From Bugula neritina (lineage: Eukaryota; Animalia; Bryozoa), in assembly GCA_964035545.1 (NCBI GenBank), contig OZ037769.1:14228633-14292632 (forward strand): DNA of 64,000 bases, in the 5' to 3' direction. How positions within the stretch are numbered: the first letter of the stretch is position 1; the number at the start of each line of letters is the position of its first letter. A program made the position numbers and the translations under genes. Below the pieces are notes generated by a model. That model made no database searches and had not been told where the DNA came from. It saw nothing but the letters and a program-made list of their open reading frames with translations. Of the stretch, positions 62,756-64,000 are shown piece after piece.

Positions 62756-64000
62756 GTAAGTTGTCACTTCAACTATAGAACAAGCAATTAGTATTATCTA
62801 TTACAATGATTATGTTTATTTATTTATACATTTTAGGCTACTTTCGTGGTCTCAATTGGAGGTTCACAAAAGTACACTGACTTTTTTTGCAATTTCAAAT
62901 TTGCTGACAAAAAATTGCTTAAAATTAGTTTTTAGCGGGTTATAGTTTGTAAAAAGTCAATACTGATTTGTAAAGAAAAGTGTAAAATTGCTCATTAATA
63001 ATAATTATTCTATTTGCATAAATAAATAAATAGCAGATCTGGTTTGAATTCAATTTATTTTATGGTGGCATATCGATCTCTGATAGTTCAAATTTTCACT
63101 TCAATATATTTTTTGCTGTACCAGATATTTAAAGCCATTTATTCCAAACATATAAGTAGATTAGTGCTCCCAAGTGATGCGCCTCCTTAACAATTATACT
63201 ATGGATATTCCTATGAGACAGTTAGTGTACTTTATCTTGTTCTTCTACGATTACAGTATTGTAATTTTATAATATTATTATATCAGATGAATATTAACTA
63301 ATTCTTCTATCAGTAAAGCTCACATAATAATTTTTACCAAACTCTTGATTTTGAGCCACCATGCAGTGATTAAATGATGATGTATAGGTAACCTATGAAA
63401 TGATACAAGAAGCACAACATTTTCTTAGCCCATGAAAATGGGTTGGTACCATCTACATAATCTCGAATAATCAGAATGCAATATTTTTATATTGATTTAA
63501 TTACACATAAAATGTGGTAATGAACAATTATGATACTATATATAAAATATTGATGAATAAAGCACTTATGTTGTTGGTATAGTAACAGTGGTACAGTAAA
63601 AGATTTTATTGCTGAGTAATTTCACGTAATCAATAATTAGACTGACCCCTGTAGTATATTGTAATTATAAAGTTGGCGGTTGCTCGAAGAGTTATCATAA
63701 CTTCCCTATCTCTGCTCACTTATATCAACAAAAGAGAAGACAAAAATAATACAACGTATTCAACTGTTGTAAATTGGTAACTTCAAAGTATAGCAACTAT
63801 AGATCACTCTGTAATTTAAGATGTACTCTTGGCCAATTGCAAATCAAATACTTTTCTCATATAAACAAACCTTTTAGCTGTAAATTAATTAATTAAACAC
63901 AATAATAATTAAAACTACAATTAAGTTTTACAAGTATTGACCAACTAATAAAATAGTCTAGAGTCTAGACTTTGCTTCTTTGTTTTTGTTTCTTTATCAA

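Overview
AT-rich, intron-containing, microsatellite-rich eukaryotic DNA, most likely an invertebrate animal. Host genes: (i) a family of atlastin-derived large GTPase genes. Copy A (minus, ~9.1 kb to beyond the left edge) has the G-domain exons. Copy B (minus, 46567-52052) has the late G domain, helical bundle, coiled coil and a CaaX box, with no transmembrane hairpin. Two more terminal-exon fragments end in CVIL and CIVM. (ii) A complete 9-exon SLC16/MCT-type MFS transporter. (iii) The 5' exons of a Cys-rich adhesion/Methuselah-like GPCR. (iv) A partly decayed unknown helical-protein gene. Mobile DNA: a Naiad-type Penelope-like element with a 1205-bp inverted arm, an ISL2EU/Harbinger transposon whose left end is a 1075-bp inverted copy of its right end, a hAT element with an 8-bp TSD, a decayed Gypsy element, an RTE fragment, tRNA-SINEs and MITEs. 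The least obvious signal is a set of type I hammerhead ribozymes inside (TA)n tracts, including a 272-bp non-coding tandem retrozyme array (candidate circular RNA) about 70 bp from the Penelope-like element. All gene models were derived by hand from GT-AG sites and reading-frame continuity; no database search was run.
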